The notes: a model not told the origin generated them from the letters alone. Shown: positions 47,001 to 56,358, counted from the first letter of the stretch. The stretch is 64,000 bases of DNA from Candidatus Omnitrophota bacterium (GCA_023247415.1 JAHFGN010000001.1:10062-74061), one strand, 5' to 3'. A program made the numbers and translations.

Positions 47001-47352
47001 AATAGCCGGCGACGCTACGGTTGAGGCTATGCGCAGCCAGCCGTTAGAACTGGAGGCAGGCAAAGTAGCAGTTATAAATGTCCAGAAGCCTGAGAATAGA
47101 TACATACCGGTAATAGGCCTATACGACCTCGCGTTGAGGATAGTATATAATCCTGATGATAAGCCTGCCATTCTCGAGTGCCTGAAGCAAATAGCCTTAA
47201 ATCCGGATAACAAGCCGTTTGGGTTGGATGATGTTGAGGAGTTGTTAAAGAGCCGCATCATCAGGATACTGCCGAAGATAATACCGATGGATATGGACTT
47301 AACAATCCGCGAGGCCTACAGAGCCGCGCAGGCCGCCCTCACCGCGCTGTAA
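41038..47352 (+). CDS. Giant modular protein 7: signal peptide, degenerate GAPDH-like domain, GAPDH-PGK-TPI fusion, family C-terminal domain
   Basis: GAPDH: NGAGGRIG, ASCTT, TGAAK, WYENEWGFS. PGK: KADYN, SHNGR, LLENLR, AFGAAHR, GGAKIEDK, STGGGASLEFL. TPI: GNLK, IGHSD, EPVWAIG, YGG. Confidence 0.9.
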   Translation: MRSHFTLKIISLVLIPTFLFSNLTFAQGPDQENKNTRTLAPHSIFKLRDSGKNGNANLDERAERVWADMRKTTARSLAGKMARRLAEMRERGISVTAQAGQEILANQINVLSRRNGVLPDAKLIRAVGERLAASGTETAERAGFIAQRVAVVGDSERTRLVIPELVKNGIVVAAWAADTPPSKRLNFMARSATHDVYGPKYITIIGDMARENIVLKIGQQSTHIRPLVFRPGRGTKSSNKLIEVLAGMQVDTVVLDSPGLVDEEELVKRGIHVVVMDKEAEPDSKVVPIAAIANQAAFHIGQAFRELAQKQKKVAEVQFAQLKVIEPNGSSFPATHSNRSAAEPNVTQTKDYQKELREGLGISGEDGARVLETIRFGYPIPEGLIINATIAMNRDVDANEVRAHLIDLAKRDGFFKILEDDPLTNTRRVVADSGVQLYSEPLVQTTDDGRSLIQVSFIADPLTTQVEQLVQILQGKNRPRISDAIIQYEEIRAEIETPPQEAQLADALKTDLANNEVAKLAERFKRRWGVTETKRLLRKKEIEPEDAAFILFGRKKEDFTSFEFLEDAAHNRIGLMAISGSGDIWATTLLTPVEPEQVAPLQKNYYDALRQHAMRKIYSRVRDVYHPAERLSCVWQIESENRFILREVLQVQPDGADKVLSRPMTAFNPFAADELGVFVNGAGGRIGSEVARIIAGDEIDPKEGLAPRLSGKLVLIGLGVSDFEEENGRVWGGEGFVRLIRQGEDLSSGPFSGKVRHGHEDGRGEDWVELTDKRGKTVRVPVFSDLIFRNPENYPLVSFLFAGVPIAALDGTGLKELTERSGLSKYLWAGADRVTLPNPGASQEDHWKTHTFIYGVNDKEFHATKKMTSTASCTTAAAATLAKKILRVAACVLAGAELPDHLKDEYMNQAAGILLTGHPYTRDEVLGDEGNYDMSAKNQSRQVAKGAAYGGPTGAAKTASLVLPEVKATGEAIRGPWLTGSVLSYVMDVPGHLKLEDLLRLLKEDEAVKSGRGRAPAFKLAKGVSSSAHIRRASGELAAYSAVLDETHIQIVHTKDNFGRPRSIISTLAWYENEWGFSVGVARFLDDVVRPGSALEAQPDLRLDRFPERLSAIPEEENAREEGALYSDRVYLDQMSEVELERIFKDKTVFVKADYNIVQPVSKDKGGGKFEDEAEIIEDFRILATLSDIQRLRKAGAKIVLASHNGRFRDIVKNRAGYTLEPVAKRLSELLGIEVKFSPETVGQNAMDKVDSLKEGDVLLLENLRNNPAEEDGSPGYAEEIAETVRPDAYVFLAFGAAHRGKHASISPLIDYLRAKRPGIPVIGGGIIRKELEGLKKFLTHNKEEETSVAILGGAKIEDKIEVMRKLISNRMIDKIAVVGAMSFYFYLAKGYSVGNSFLDDNIQDAVRSTQLAFEIMLLAEENGVEIVLPKGYRGLLHRSIDKTKPVHIKDGELKRFPMGKEGLPPEFYAYSVDQDTVDEIVKMCKQAMWIIVNGTAGVVEIDAFRYENDLILHAVHNEVDLLPGTRAVILGGDGVAAFSRWAENRWGEEYLAKVQDTGYTLSTGGGASLEFLSRLVLSGLEPLDFKVRKRGARGKTGKIGLYGNLKRRIHTQEGLRNHLKDIVASARAVEGVDNIEVVIFVPSDLANDKELVEIVKGSPVKLGVQNIRLESEEDSPELTAEEAKALGFTHVMIGHSDMRSGSLTLDRRPQTNQDVNARLRATLKAGLIPLFLFGETLDARLREIADSNQRWKFIDKQLREGMEGVAGEEAGNILFGLEPVWAIGKQAASPFYANVQLRHARRVLADIFGEGTARQLALGYGGGTNERNIISYISGESDLVVPGRPSADARSFSEMITQTVRFSKEHCAGRSSTNGSRPARDSTNGLSAEAIKEQSTVPDTEALKKLLVSLGLYAKETERGAVIVAFDTGIFPVNVSSVLKAGKDGINRYLEGKVIDIRAQGPDLLTKIQDEIGRLKGAGIPLAGVVAIAGDATVEAMRSQPLELEAGKVAVINVQKPENRYIPVIGLYDLALRIVYNPDDKPAILECLKQIALNPDNKPFGLDDVEELLKSRIIRILPKIIPMDMDLTIREAYRAAQAALTAL

Positions 47353-48101
47353 AAAGGGGACGTCCCACTACAAGGCACCCTGCAGCACAAATCTCAATAA
47401 AATTTTGACAGTTTTTTTAGCTCTTTATCCAATATTCTGTCATAGGGCCTATCCGCTAAAACGTACTCTTTGTATAACTTGCGTCGGGCCATAGGCGTTG
47501 AAGCTAAGTCTAGATATGCAGGACTTGGCGTGATAACGCTGTTTGGCGTCCCAAATGCGTAAAACCTATAGCTGCTCCAAGGATAATCGGCAGGATCGCG
47601 GACTATGCCAGCCCTAACCGGGTTCCTTTCTACGTATCTTCCGCATTCCAAAAGGTACGCGTCGTCCTCTATCAGTAAACTTTTATACCTGCCCTGCCAG
47701 AGATATCCGGAATAAATATACTTTTTCCTATAATAGTGAGCGTAAGATTGGTTTATTCCCTGCATTGCCTTAGGGAATTCCGCGGCCACGATGATCTTTA
47801 TAATCATGTGGACGTGTGTTTTCATAAGGGCATAGTGATGAAGCAGCCAACCGAGCTTATTTTGATATTTCCTTATAAGCCTCTCGTAACAGCTGAAATC
47901 ATCAGCATCTTTAAATACTTCTATCCCGTTATTGCCCTTAGTAATGATATGACAAACAGCGCTATCATAGATTCCCCTTTGAAATCTAGACATACACACC
48001 ACCTCCCTCTACTATATAAGACGAAAAAAATAGCGAAATTATTGCAAATATTTTTAAATTTTTTGTGCTGCAGGGTGCCAACTTGTGGGACGTCCCCTTT
48101 T
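47352..48101 (-). mobile_element. RAYT locus: REP-associated tyrosine transposase flanked by ~40-bp inverted REP-like repeats
   Basis: 47352-47391 is a near reverse complement of 48061-48101; further copies at 28350 and 63142. Confidence 0.8.
47394..48002 (-). CDS. REP-associated tyrosine transposase (Y1 HUH family)
   Basis: HIITKGNN, MKTHVH (HUH), WQGRY, YVERNPVRAG, YPWSSY. The start may be the internal MSRFQR. Confidence 0.88.
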   Translation of the reverse strand: MVCMSRFQRGIYDSAVCHIITKGNNGIEVFKDADDFSCYERLIRKYQNKLGWLLHHYALMKTHVHMIIKIIVAAEFPKAMQGINQSYAHYYRKKYIYSGYLWQGRYKSLLIEDDAYLLECGRYVERNPVRAGIVRDPADYPWSSYRFYAFGTPNSVITPSPAYLDLASTPMARRKLYKEYVLADRPYDRILDKELKKLSKFY

Positions 48102-48104
48102 TAT

Positions 48105-48134
48105 TTGACAAGATTGGACAGGATTTGTTATACT
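48105..48134 (+). promoter_or_regulatory. Sigma70 promoter of ilv operon
   Basis: TTGACA-18 bp-TATACT with extended -10 TGn. Confidence 0.6.
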
Positions 48135-48184
48135 TAATGTTCTGATTATACCATTAAGGTAGAGTCCCTATCATGGGAGGTACT

Positions 48185-49840
48185 ATGCGGAGCGATAAGA
48201 TTAAGAAGGGTGTTGAGAGGGCAGGGGCGAGGTCGCTTTTATACGCGACAGGCCTGTCTAGAGAGGATATGGCGAAGCCTTTCATAGGGATTGCCACGTC
48301 CAGGACAGACCTTATCCCGGGCCATATAGGGATGGAACGGCTGGAGAGGTTCATTGAGCGGGGGGTTGCGGCAGGCGGGGGTGTGCCGCTATTCTTTGGA
48401 ATTCCGGGGATATGCGACGGAATCGCCATGGGCCACACAGGGATGAAATATTCTCTGGCATCGCGCGAGCTGATCGCGGACATGATAGAAACTATAATGA
48501 AGGCCCATTCGTTAGACGGTTTTGTCGCGCTCACGAACTGCGATAAGATTACGCCGGGCATGTTGATGGCGATCGCGCGGCTGAATGTCCCGTCCATCGT
48601 TGTCACGGCAGGGCCGATGTTCTCCGGGAATTTGAAGGGCAGACGCCTGTCGCTGGTTAAAGATACGTTCGAGGCTGTAGGCCGTTTCAAGGCAGGAGAT
48701 ATTTCGCAGGAGGAATTGAATAATCTGGAGATGTGCGCATGCCCTGGCGCAGGCGCATGTCAAGGCTTATATACCGCAAACACGATGGCCTGCGTCACTG
48801 AGGCTATGGGTATGAGCCTGCCCGGATGCGCGACAGCGCTCGCGCTGCAGGCAAAGAAGGACAGGATTGCCTACGCCTCCGGGGAGAAGATTGTCAACTT
48901 AGTTAAGCGTAATGTCCTGCCGCGGACGATTATGCGGCGCGAGGCGTTCGAGAACGCCATCAAGATCGATATGGCGCTCGGAGGCTCGACTAATGCGGTT
49001 ATGCATCTGATCGCGATCGCGAAAGAGGCCGGGATAGACCTGCCGCTAAATCTATTCGATGAGATATCGCGGCAAACACCGCACATAGCCAATATACTGC
49101 CTGGCGGCGAGCATTTCATGGAGGATCTCGAGTGGGCCGGCGGAATCCCGGCTGTCATGAAGAGGATGAGGAATTCGCTCTATGACATTATGACTTCGAG
49201 CGGGAAACTTATAAGCCAGATAGCGAACGACGCCCAGATCTTGAATGAGGATGTGATCAGGGATTCGAAGAACGCCTATCATGCGGAAGGCGGCATAGCC
49301 ATATTGGGAGGTAATCTTGCGCCTGACGGCGCGGTTGTGAAGCAGACAGCGGTCTCGAAAGAGGCGCTGAAATTTAAAGGCAAGGCGCGGGTCTTCGATT
49401 CAGAGGAAACTGCCATGCTGGCTATTATGGCTGGAAAGATAAAGAAGGGTCACGTTGTCGTCATCCGATATGAGGGACCGAAAGGCGGGCCTGGCATGAG
49501 AGAGATGCTGTCTCCAACATCCGCGATCGTGGGAATGGGCCTTGCCGATGACGTCGCGCTTATTACGGACGGAAGGTTCTCCGGCGGGACTCAAGGGCCG
49601 TGCATCGGGCATATCTCGCCTGAGGCGGCTTGCGGAGGGCCGATCGCGATTGTGCAGGATGACGATGAGATAACCATAGATATCCCGGAGAGGAAGCTCA
49701 ACGTGAAGTTGAGCGAGGATGAGATTGCCGGGCGGCTTTCGAGCTGGAAGGCGCCTGATGCGAACATAAAGGAAGGTTATCTGGCGCGTTACGCGAAGAT
49801 GGTATCATCCGCTTCGGAAGGAGCAGTATTGAAAGAATAA
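48185..49840 (+). CDS. ilvD: Dihydroxy-acid dehydratase
   Basis: [45 protein letters not shown]; GGAGG RBS before ATG 48185. Confidence 0.96.
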   Translation: MRSDKIKKGVERAGARSLLYATGLSREDMAKPFIGIATSRTDLIPGHIGMERLERFIERGVAAGGGVPLFFGIPGICDGIAMGHTGMKYSLASRELIADMIETIMKAHSLDGFVALTNCDKITPGMLMAIARLNVPSIVVTAGPMFSGNLKGRRLSLVKDTFEAVGRFKAGDISQEELNNLEMCACPGAGACQGLYTANTMACVTEAMGMSLPGCATALALQAKKDRIAYASGEKIVNLVKRNVLPRTIMRREAFENAIKIDMALGGSTNAVMHLIAIAKEAGIDLPLNLFDEISRQTPHIANILPGGEHFMEDLEWAGGIPAVMKRMRNSLYDIMTSSGKLISQIANDAQILNEDVIRDSKNAYHAEGGIAILGGNLAPDGAVVKQTAVSKEALKFKGKARVFDSEETAMLAIMAGKIKKGHVVVIRYEGPKGGPGMREMLSPTSAIVGMGLADDVALITDGRFSGGTQGPCIGHISPEAACGGPIAIVQDDDEITIDIPERKLNVKLSEDEIAGRLSSWKAPDANIKEGYLARYAKMVSSASEGAVLKE

Positions 49841-49846
49841 CCTGAA

Positions 49847-49894
49847 CGGGACACCCTACAGCATCAGTGTAAACGCAGGCTGTAGAGTGTCCCG
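49847..49894. repeat. Hairpin repeat family D, copy 1
   Basis: CGGGACACCCTAC...GTAGAGTGTCCCG, same arms as 53104-53154. Confidence 0.75.
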
Positions 49895-49903
49895 ATGCTC
49901 GAT

Positions 49904-51583
49904 ATGAAAATGACCGGCGCGCAGATATTGATTGAGGCATTGAAGAAGGAGGATGTCGAGGTGATGTTCGGCTACCCCGGCGGGGTAGTCCTGCCCATCT
50001 TCGACAGGCTCTACGATGCGCCTATTAAGTTCATCCTGACGAGGCATGAACAGGGCGCCGCTCACGCCGCTGACGGTTACGCGAGGGCGACCGGAAAGGT
50101 CGGGGTCTGCCTCGCGACATCCGGGCCAGGCGCGACGAATCTCGTTACAGGGATCGCGAACGCCTACATGGATTCGATCCCAATGGTCGCTGTAACAGGC
50201 CAGGTCAAGACGCGGCTCATCGGCAATGACGCGTTTCAGGAGGCGGATATAACAGGCATAACGAGGCCGATCACGAAGCACAACTATCTGGTGAAGGACG
50301 TCAAAGATCTGGCTGTGACCATAAAAGAGGCGTTTCATATCGCGCGGACCGGCAGGCCAGGGCCTGTCCTGATAGACTTTCCCGTGGATATCCAGCAGGC
50401 AGAGACCGAGTTTCATTATCCGGAGAAGGTTGAGATAAAAGGATATAAACCGACTTACGCCGGCCACCCCGGCCAGATAAAGAGGGCGGCAAAGGCGATC
50501 TCTTCTGCCAAGAGGCCGATACTATACACCGGCGGGGGCGTGATAACATCCAACGCGTCTGGCGAGCTCAGAGAATTCGCGATAAAGAATAAAATCCCCG
50601 TCACTACCACGCTGTTGGGACTCGGCGCGTTTTCGTCCGACAATCCGCTGCATCTTGGAATGCCGGGCATGCACGGGACGGCGTACGCGAACCACGCCAT
50701 AATGGAATCGGATCTGATCATCGCCGTCGGCGCCAGATTCGATGACCGCGTCACCGGCAAGGTTGAGGCATTCGCCCCGCATGCCGATATAATTCATATC
50801 GACATCGACCCGGCGAGCGTCTCGAAGACTGTTGAGGTGGATATTCCGATAGTCGGCGACGCGAAGCATATATTGAAAGGGCTTTTGAAATATACGAAAA
50901 AACCGGACACAGACGCCTGGCTCGCGAAGATAGACGAGATGAAGAAGAAATATCCGCTCAAATATGAGAATAGCGACGGCAAGCTAAGGCCGCAGTATGT
51001 CGTTGAGGAAATCTCGAATATCACGAAGGGCGAGGCCATCATCTGCACAGAGGTCGGCCAGAATCAGATGTGGGCGGCGATGTTCTACAAATTCACAAAG
51101 CCGCGCACGATGATCTCAAGCGGCGGGCTCGGGACCATGGGTTTCGGCTTTCCGGCTGCGATAGGCGCGCAGATGGGAAGACCCGATGCGGTTGTTTTCG
51201 ATATTGCCGGAGACGGCTCCATCCAGATGAATATACAGGAACTCGCGACAGCGGTCTATAATAAACTGCCGGTCAAGGTCGCTATCTTAAACAACTGCTA
51301 CCTCGGAATGGTGAGGCAGTGGCAGGAGCTATTTTATAAAAAGAGATATTCGTATACGTGCCTTGAGGATGGCCAGCCGGATTTTGTGAAGCTCGCGGAA
51401 AGCTACGGCGCGGTTGGGATGAGGGTTGTCAGACCCGAGGACGCGCGGCCCGCTATCGAGCGGTCGCTTGAGATTACAGACAGGCCGACATTCATAGATT
51501 TTCGAGTTGAGAAGGAGGAGAACGTTTTTCCGATGGTTCCGGCAGGCGAAGCGATCAACCGGATGATTGGGGGCATGGCGTAA
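49904..51583 (+). CDS. ilvB: Acetolactate synthase large subunit
   Basis: [43 protein letters not shown]. Confidence 0.96.
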   Translation: MKMTGAQILIEALKKEDVEVMFGYPGGVVLPIFDRLYDAPIKFILTRHEQGAAHAADGYARATGKVGVCLATSGPGATNLVTGIANAYMDSIPMVAVTGQVKTRLIGNDAFQEADITGITRPITKHNYLVKDVKDLAVTIKEAFHIARTGRPGPVLIDFPVDIQQAETEFHYPEKVEIKGYKPTYAGHPGQIKRAAKAISSAKRPILYTGGGVITSNASGELREFAIKNKIPVTTTLLGLGAFSSDNPLHLGMPGMHGTAYANHAIMESDLIIAVGARFDDRVTGKVEAFAPHADIIHIDIDPASVSKTVEVDIPIVGDAKHILKGLLKYTKKPDTDAWLAKIDEMKKKYPLKYENSDGKLRPQYVVEEISNITKGEAIICTEVGQNQMWAAMFYKFTKPRTMISSGGLGTMGFGFPAAIGAQMGRPDAVVFDIAGDGSIQMNIQELATAVYNKLPVKVAILNNCYLGMVRQWQELFYKKRYSYTCLEDGQPDFVKLAESYGAVGMRVVRPEDARPAIERSLEITDRPTFIDFRVEKEENVFPMVPAGEAINRMIGGMA

Positions 51584-51584
51584 C

Positions 51585-52100
51585 GTGAAGCATACCATAT
51601 CAGTTCTAGTTGAGAATAAATTCGGGGTGCTCGCGAGGATCGCGGGGCTGTTCAGCGCGCGGGGGTTCAATATCGAATCGCTCGCTGTCGGCGAGACAGA
51701 GGACGCGGCTGTCTCCCGGATGACTATAGTTACCGACGGTGACGAGAGGACGCTCGATCAGATCAAGAAGCAGTTGAATAAGCTGATAGACGTCATAAAG
51801 GTGAGCGACTTCACGGATAAGAAATATCTGGAGAAGGAGCTCATGCTCATCAAGGTGGCTGTGAACGCCAAGACTAAAAAAGAGGTAACAGAGGCTGTGG
51901 ATTCATGCGGCGCGGAGGTTGTTAACACCGGCGAGAAGTCGCTTGCCATAGAGATGACAGGCGATGCCGGGAAGATAATCTCGCTCCTTGAGCTGTTGAG
52001 GCCTTTCGGCATACTTGAGGTTGTGCGCACAGGCAGGATCGCGATGGGTATCGATGATAAAGAGATGAAGACGCCGGGAAAGCCGGAGGTAAATGAATAG
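51585..52100 (+). CDS. ilvN: Acetolactate synthase small subunit
   Basis: SVLVENKFGVLARIAGLFSARGFNIESL; EVVRTG; GTG start inferred. Confidence 0.94.
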   Translation: MKHTISVLVENKFGVLARIAGLFSARGFNIESLAVGETEDAAVSRMTIVTDGDERTLDQIKKQLNKLIDVIKVSDFTDKKYLEKELMLIKVAVNAKTKKEVTEAVDSCGAEVVNTGEKSLAIEMTGDAGKIISLLELLRPFGILEVVRTGRIAMGIDDKEMKTPGKPEVNE

Positions 52101-52109
52101 GAGGAGGCA

Positions 52110-53096
52110 ATGGCGAAGATTTATTATGACAAAGACGCGGATTTGAATGTTTTGAAAGGCAGGAAGATAGCGATTATCGGATACGGGATCCAGGGCAGGG
52201 CGCAGGCCCTGAATCTGAAGGATTCAGGAGTGGATGTGATCGTAAGCGAATTGGCCGGCACGCCGAACTATGAGCAGGCGAAGAAGGACGGCTTCAATCC
52301 GGTCTCCGCAAGCGAAGCGGCCCTGGGAGCGGACATAATTCAGATATTGACGCAGGACCATGTCCAGGCAAAGGTCTATAAAGAGTCCGTCAAATCCAAT
52401 CTGAAGAAGGACAAGGCGATCGCCTTCTCCCACGGATTCAATATACATTTCAAGCAGATAAAGCCGCCGAAGAAGGTCGACGTCTTTATGGTAGCGCCGA
52501 AAGGCCCGGGGGCCCTGGTCCGCGCAATGTATGAAAAAGGAGGCGGCGTCCCGTGTCTCGTTGCCGTCTATCAAAACGCAAGCGGCGGCGCGCTGAAAGT
52601 CGCGCTGGCTTACGCGAAAGGGATCGGCGGGACAAGGGCCGGCGTCATAGAGACGACCTTCAAAGAAGAGACGGAGACCGACCTGTTCGGAGAGCAGGCT
52701 GTCCTTTGCGGAGGGGTGACAGAGCTCGTCAAGGCAGGATTCGATACGCTCGTCAGCGCGGGTTATCAGCCTGAGATAGCGTATTTTGAAGTCCTGCATG
52801 AGTTGAAGCTGATCACAGACCTGATCCAGAAATTCGGGATAAACGGGATGAGGTGCAGGGTCTCCAATACAGCCTGTTACGGCGATGTAACAAGGGGAAA
52901 AAAGATTATCAGCGAAAAGACCAGAAAGGTCATGCGGAAGATGCTAAAAGAGATCCAATCCGGAAAATTTGCCAGGGAGTGGATCAGGGAGAATGAGGCC
53001 GGCCGTCCGAATTTCAATTCCATATTGAAGAAGGAGTGCGAGCATCCTATCGAGAAGGTGGGGGAGAATCTGCGCGGCATGATGCCGTGGCTGTAA
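52110..53096 (+). CDS. ilvC: Ketol-acid reductoisomerase
   Basis: [37 protein letters not shown]. Confidence 0.96.
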   Translation: MAKIYYDKDADLNVLKGRKIAIIGYGIQGRAQALNLKDSGVDVIVSELAGTPNYEQAKKDGFNPVSASEAALGADIIQILTQDHVQAKVYKESVKSNLKKDKAIAFSHGFNIHFKQIKPPKKVDVFMVAPKGPGALVRAMYEKGGGVPCLVAVYQNASGGALKVALAYAKGIGGTRAGVIETTFKEETETDLFGEQAVLCGGVTELVKAGFDTLVSAGYQPEIAYFEVLHELKLITDLIQKFGINGMRCRVSNTACYGDVTRGKKIISEKTRKVMRKMLKEIQSGKFAREWIRENEAGRPNFNSILKKECEHPIEKVGENLRGMMPWL

Positions 53097-53103
53097 CAAG
53101 CAT

Positions 53104-53154
53104 CGGGACACCCTACCATGATTAGCAATTGGTCTAAAGACGTAGAGTGTCCCG
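53104..53154. repeat. Hairpin repeat family D, copy 2
   Basis: CGGGACACCCTAC...GTAGAGTGTCCCG with a different loop. Confidence 0.75.
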
Positions 53155-53170
53155 CTCACGGGTTGCACTT

Positions 53171-54676
53171 ATGAATAAAATAATTATATTCGACACTACA
53201 CTGCGCGATGGGGAGCAGTCGCCGGGGGCGAGCCTCAATAAGATGGAGAAACTCGAGATAGCGAAGCAGCTCGCTGTCCTCGGCGTAGACGTCATTGAGG
53301 CGGGGTTTCCGATAGCCAGCGCGGGAGACTTTCAGGCCGTTAAGAAAACGGCTGAAGAGGTTAAAGGGCCCATCATATGCGGGCTTGCCAGGGCGCTGAA
53401 AAAGGATATCGACGCCGCGTGCATGGCCGTTAAATATTCCAGGCGGCCGCGCATACATGTATTCCTGGCGACCTCGAAGATACATATGAAATATAAGCTG
53501 AAGAAAGCCGAAGACGAAATACTAAGGACAGCGGTGTGGGCCGTGAAATACGCGAGGGATAAGGTTGGCGATGTGGAATTTTCGCCTGAGGATGCTTCGA
53601 GGACTGAGAAAGATTTCCTGTATAGGGTGGTAGAATCTGTCATAGATGCCGGCGCCAGAACGGTGAATATCCCCGATACTGTCGGCTACGCCGCGCCATT
53701 CGAATTCGGAGAGTTGATAAAAGGGATAAAAGAGTCTGTCCCGAATATCGATAAAGCGGTAATAAGCGTACACTGCCATAATGACCTGGGCCTGGCGGTC
53801 TCAAATTCGCTCGCGGCTGTTTTGAACGGCGCGGGCCAGATTGAATGCACCATGAACGGTCTCGGCGAGCGGGCAGGCAACGCCTCTTTAGAAGAGGTGG
53901 TTATGGCCATCAAGACGCGGCGCGACATATTCTCCGGGATGTCCACTTCTATCAACGCGAAAGAGCTCTACAGGACAAGCCGGCTTGTCTCGAAATTGAC
54001 CGGCATGCCGGTCCAGCCGAATAAGGCGATTGTGGGAATAAACGCCTTTTCGCACGAGTCAGGCATACACCAGGACGGCGTCTTAAAGAAGCGCGTCACC
54101 TACGAAATCATAGACCCGTCCGATGTGGGTTTCGGCGATACCAGGATTGTTCTGGGAAAACACTCCGGAAGGCACGCGTTCAGGGAGCGGCTTAAAAAAC
54201 TTGGATTTGAGTTGAATGACCGCGAGCTGGAGAAGGCCTTTCGGCAGTTCAAGTCCCTGGCAGACAAGAAGAAGGCGATATTCGACGAAGACATCGAGGC
54301 GATAGCCGAAGACCAGATAAGGGCGGTCCCTGAAGTCTATCATCTTCAGCGTTTCTATGTGGCCTCCGGCAGTCAGGTCAAACCGCAGGCGGAAGTCGCG
54401 CTGGGGTTCAGGAAGAAAATTTTGAACGCCTCTTCTGGCGGCGATGGGCCGGTTGACGCGTGTTATAAGGCAATAGACAAGATAACCGGGATGAAAGGCA
54501 GGCTCGTGGATTATCAGCTCCACTCCATAACAGGCGGCAAGGACGCGCTTGGCGAGGTGACAGTCAAGGTTGAATCGGGTGGGAAGGTTGTCAGCGGCCG
54601 CGGTTCTTCTACCGATATAATAGAGGCGAGCGTCAAGGCGTACCTCAACGCCATGAATAAGCTCGCGAAGAGGTAA
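53171..54676 (+). CDS. leuA: 2-isopropylmalate synthase
   Basis: DTTLRDGEQ, HCHND, GERAGN, HESGIHQDG, regulatory domain GPVDA. Confidence 0.95.
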   Translation: MNKIIIFDTTLRDGEQSPGASLNKMEKLEIAKQLAVLGVDVIEAGFPIASAGDFQAVKKTAEEVKGPIICGLARALKKDIDAACMAVKYSRRPRIHVFLATSKIHMKYKLKKAEDEILRTAVWAVKYARDKVGDVEFSPEDASRTEKDFLYRVVESVIDAGARTVNIPDTVGYAAPFEFGELIKGIKESVPNIDKAVISVHCHNDLGLAVSNSLAAVLNGAGQIECTMNGLGERAGNASLEEVVMAIKTRRDIFSGMSTSINAKELYRTSRLVSKLTGMPVQPNKAIVGINAFSHESGIHQDGVLKKRVTYEIIDPSDVGFGDTRIVLGKHSGRHAFRERLKKLGFELNDRELEKAFRQFKSLADKKKAIFDEDIEAIAEDQIRAVPEVYHLQRFYVASGSQVKPQAEVALGFRKKILNASSGGDGPVDACYKAIDKITGMKGRLVDYQLHSITGGKDALGEVTVKVESGGKVVSGRGSSTDIIEASVKAYLNAMNKLAKR

Positions 54677-54683
54677 AATTGGG

Positions 54684-54750
54684 AAAATGGGGACAGGCTA
54701 CTTTTTCCATATACCATAATATCCAGAAAAAGTAGCCTGTTTCTATTTTT
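54684..54750. repeat. Hairpin repeat family C, copy 2
   Basis: GGGGACAGGCTACTTTTTC...GAAAAAGTAGCCTGT. Confidence 0.75.
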
Positions 54751-54754
54751 TATT

Positions 54755-55597
54755 ATGAAAAAGATATACGGCATAATCGGCCATCCTATTGGCCACACCC
54801 TGTCGCCCGCGATGCACAATGCGGCGTTCGCGCATCTTAAGATAAACGCCGAATACAGGATATTCGATGTTGAGCCGAAAGGCCTGGTAGAATTTTTGTC
54901 TACGCTGGCGGCAGGGGGCATCTCCGGCATAAACGTTACAATACCTCATAAGATCGAGGCGTGGCGTTACATCGAGAAGAACGGCTCTCTTGACAAAGAG
55001 GCGGCGAAGCTTGGCGCGGTCAACACAATCAACGTAGAGGGCGGCCGGCTCAAAGGTTATAATACCGACGGCGCGGGATTCTACCGGTCGCTGGTAACAG
55101 ACCTGAAGCTTGAGCCCGAAGGAAAGACCGTCTTTGTCTTGGGCGCGGGCGGGGCCGCCACGGCGATTGTGATGTATCTTGGCGTGGGACCTGGGAGGAT
55201 ATTTGTTATGGACGAAGATGTCTCGAAGGCCGGGGAGTTGGCAGACCGTTACAAGAAATATTTTAACAGCGATAAGCTGCGCGTATGCGAAAAAAAGACT
55301 TCGGCGGCCGTCTTGAACGAGTCAGACTTATTCATAAACGCCACTCCTATTGGCATGAAAGACGGTGATCCTTCTCCTGTGGATGTCAAGGCGCTGCGGC
55401 CCGGATTGTATGTGTATGATTTAGTCTACAACAGATCTAAGACAGCGCTTGTGAAGGAGGCGAACGCCAAAAAACTTCACGCTGTGACGGGCATGGGTAT
55501 GTTGCTGTGTCAGGGCGCTATCGCTTTTGAGATATGGACGGGTGGGAAGGCGCCAATTCAAGTTATGAAGAAAGCGCTTCTGGACAATTTACGATGA
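54755..55597 (+). CDS. aroE: Shikimate dehydrogenase
   Basis: SPAMHN, NVTIPHK, GAVNT, NTDG, GAGGAA, NATPIGM. Confidence 0.94.
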   Translation: MKKIYGIIGHPIGHTLSPAMHNAAFAHLKINAEYRIFDVEPKGLVEFLSTLAAGGISGINVTIPHKIEAWRYIEKNGSLDKEAAKLGAVNTINVEGGRLKGYNTDGAGFYRSLVTDLKLEPEGKTVFVLGAGGAATAIVMYLGVGPGRIFVMDEDVSKAGELADRYKKYFNSDKLRVCEKKTSAAVLNESDLFINATPIGMKDGDPSPVDVKALRPGLYVYDLVYNRSKTALVKEANAKKLHAVTGMGMLLCQGAIAFEIWTGGKAPIQVMKKALLDNLR

Positions 55598-56343
55598 CAA
55601 AATTCATAGTATTTATTGCAGGCTCCATCGTAGGAAGTTTCCTGAATGTATGCATCCATCGGCTGCCAAGGGGCGAATCCATAATAAGGCCGTCGTCGCG
55701 CTGTCCTGGTTGCGGCAAGGCCATACCCTGGTATGACAATATACCTATTTTTAGTTTTTTGCTGCTCGGCGCCAGGTGCAGGTTCTGCAAGACGAGAATC
55801 CGCATCAGGTATTTTATAGTTGAGGTCCTGACAGCGGCTCTTTTTCTGATTTTGTATCTGTATTTTGGACTTTCAGCGAAGTTTTTTGCTAATCTCGTCT
55901 TTGCGTCGCTCTTAATAATCGCGACGTTTGCGGACTTTGAACATCAGGAGATACCCGATCAGGTCTCTATCGGCGGGATTTGCGCCGGCGTTATGTCAAG
56001 CCTTTTCACAGGCCTGACATTTTTAGGTTCATTGATCGGGGCGCTCACCGGAGGAGCCATCATATATCTGGCCGGAGTTTTAGGCAAGGCGGCCTTCAAG
56101 AAAGAGGCGATGGGCGGCGGCGATGTGAAGCTCATGGCGATGATAGGCGCGTTTTTAGGATGGAAGCTCGTCATCTTGACATTTTTCATCGCCCCTTTCT
56201 TCGGCGCGATAGTCGGGATAACATTGAAGATCAGGACAGGCCAAGAGGTGATTCCGTACGGTCCGTATCTTTCGCTTGGCGCGTTAATAGCGCTCTTCTT
56301 CGGAGACGCGGTATTGCGATTGTTATTTTCAGGATTGTTATAA
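55594..56343 (+). CDS. pilD: Prepilin peptidase (A24 family)
   Basis: GSFLNVCIHRLP, CPGC...NIPI...CRFC, MGGGDVKL, PYGPYL. Confidence 0.92.
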   Translation: MTKFIVFIAGSIVGSFLNVCIHRLPRGESIIRPSSRCPGCGKAIPWYDNIPIFSFLLLGARCRFCKTRIRIRYFIVEVLTAALFLILYLYFGLSAKFFANLVFASLLIIATFADFEHQEIPDQVSIGGICAGVMSSLFTGLTFLGSLIGALTGGAIIYLAGVLGKAAFKKEAMGGGDVKLMAMIGAFLGWKLVILTFFIAPFFGAIVGITLKIRTGQEVIPYGPYLSLGALIALFFGDAVLRLLFSGLL

Positions 56344-56358
56344 ACATGGGAGGCTGCA

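Noticed and set aside
47394-48002. IS200/IS605 element with TnpB
   Set aside because: No tnpB is adjacent; the NPVRAG motif and dispersed flanking repeats fit a RAYT.
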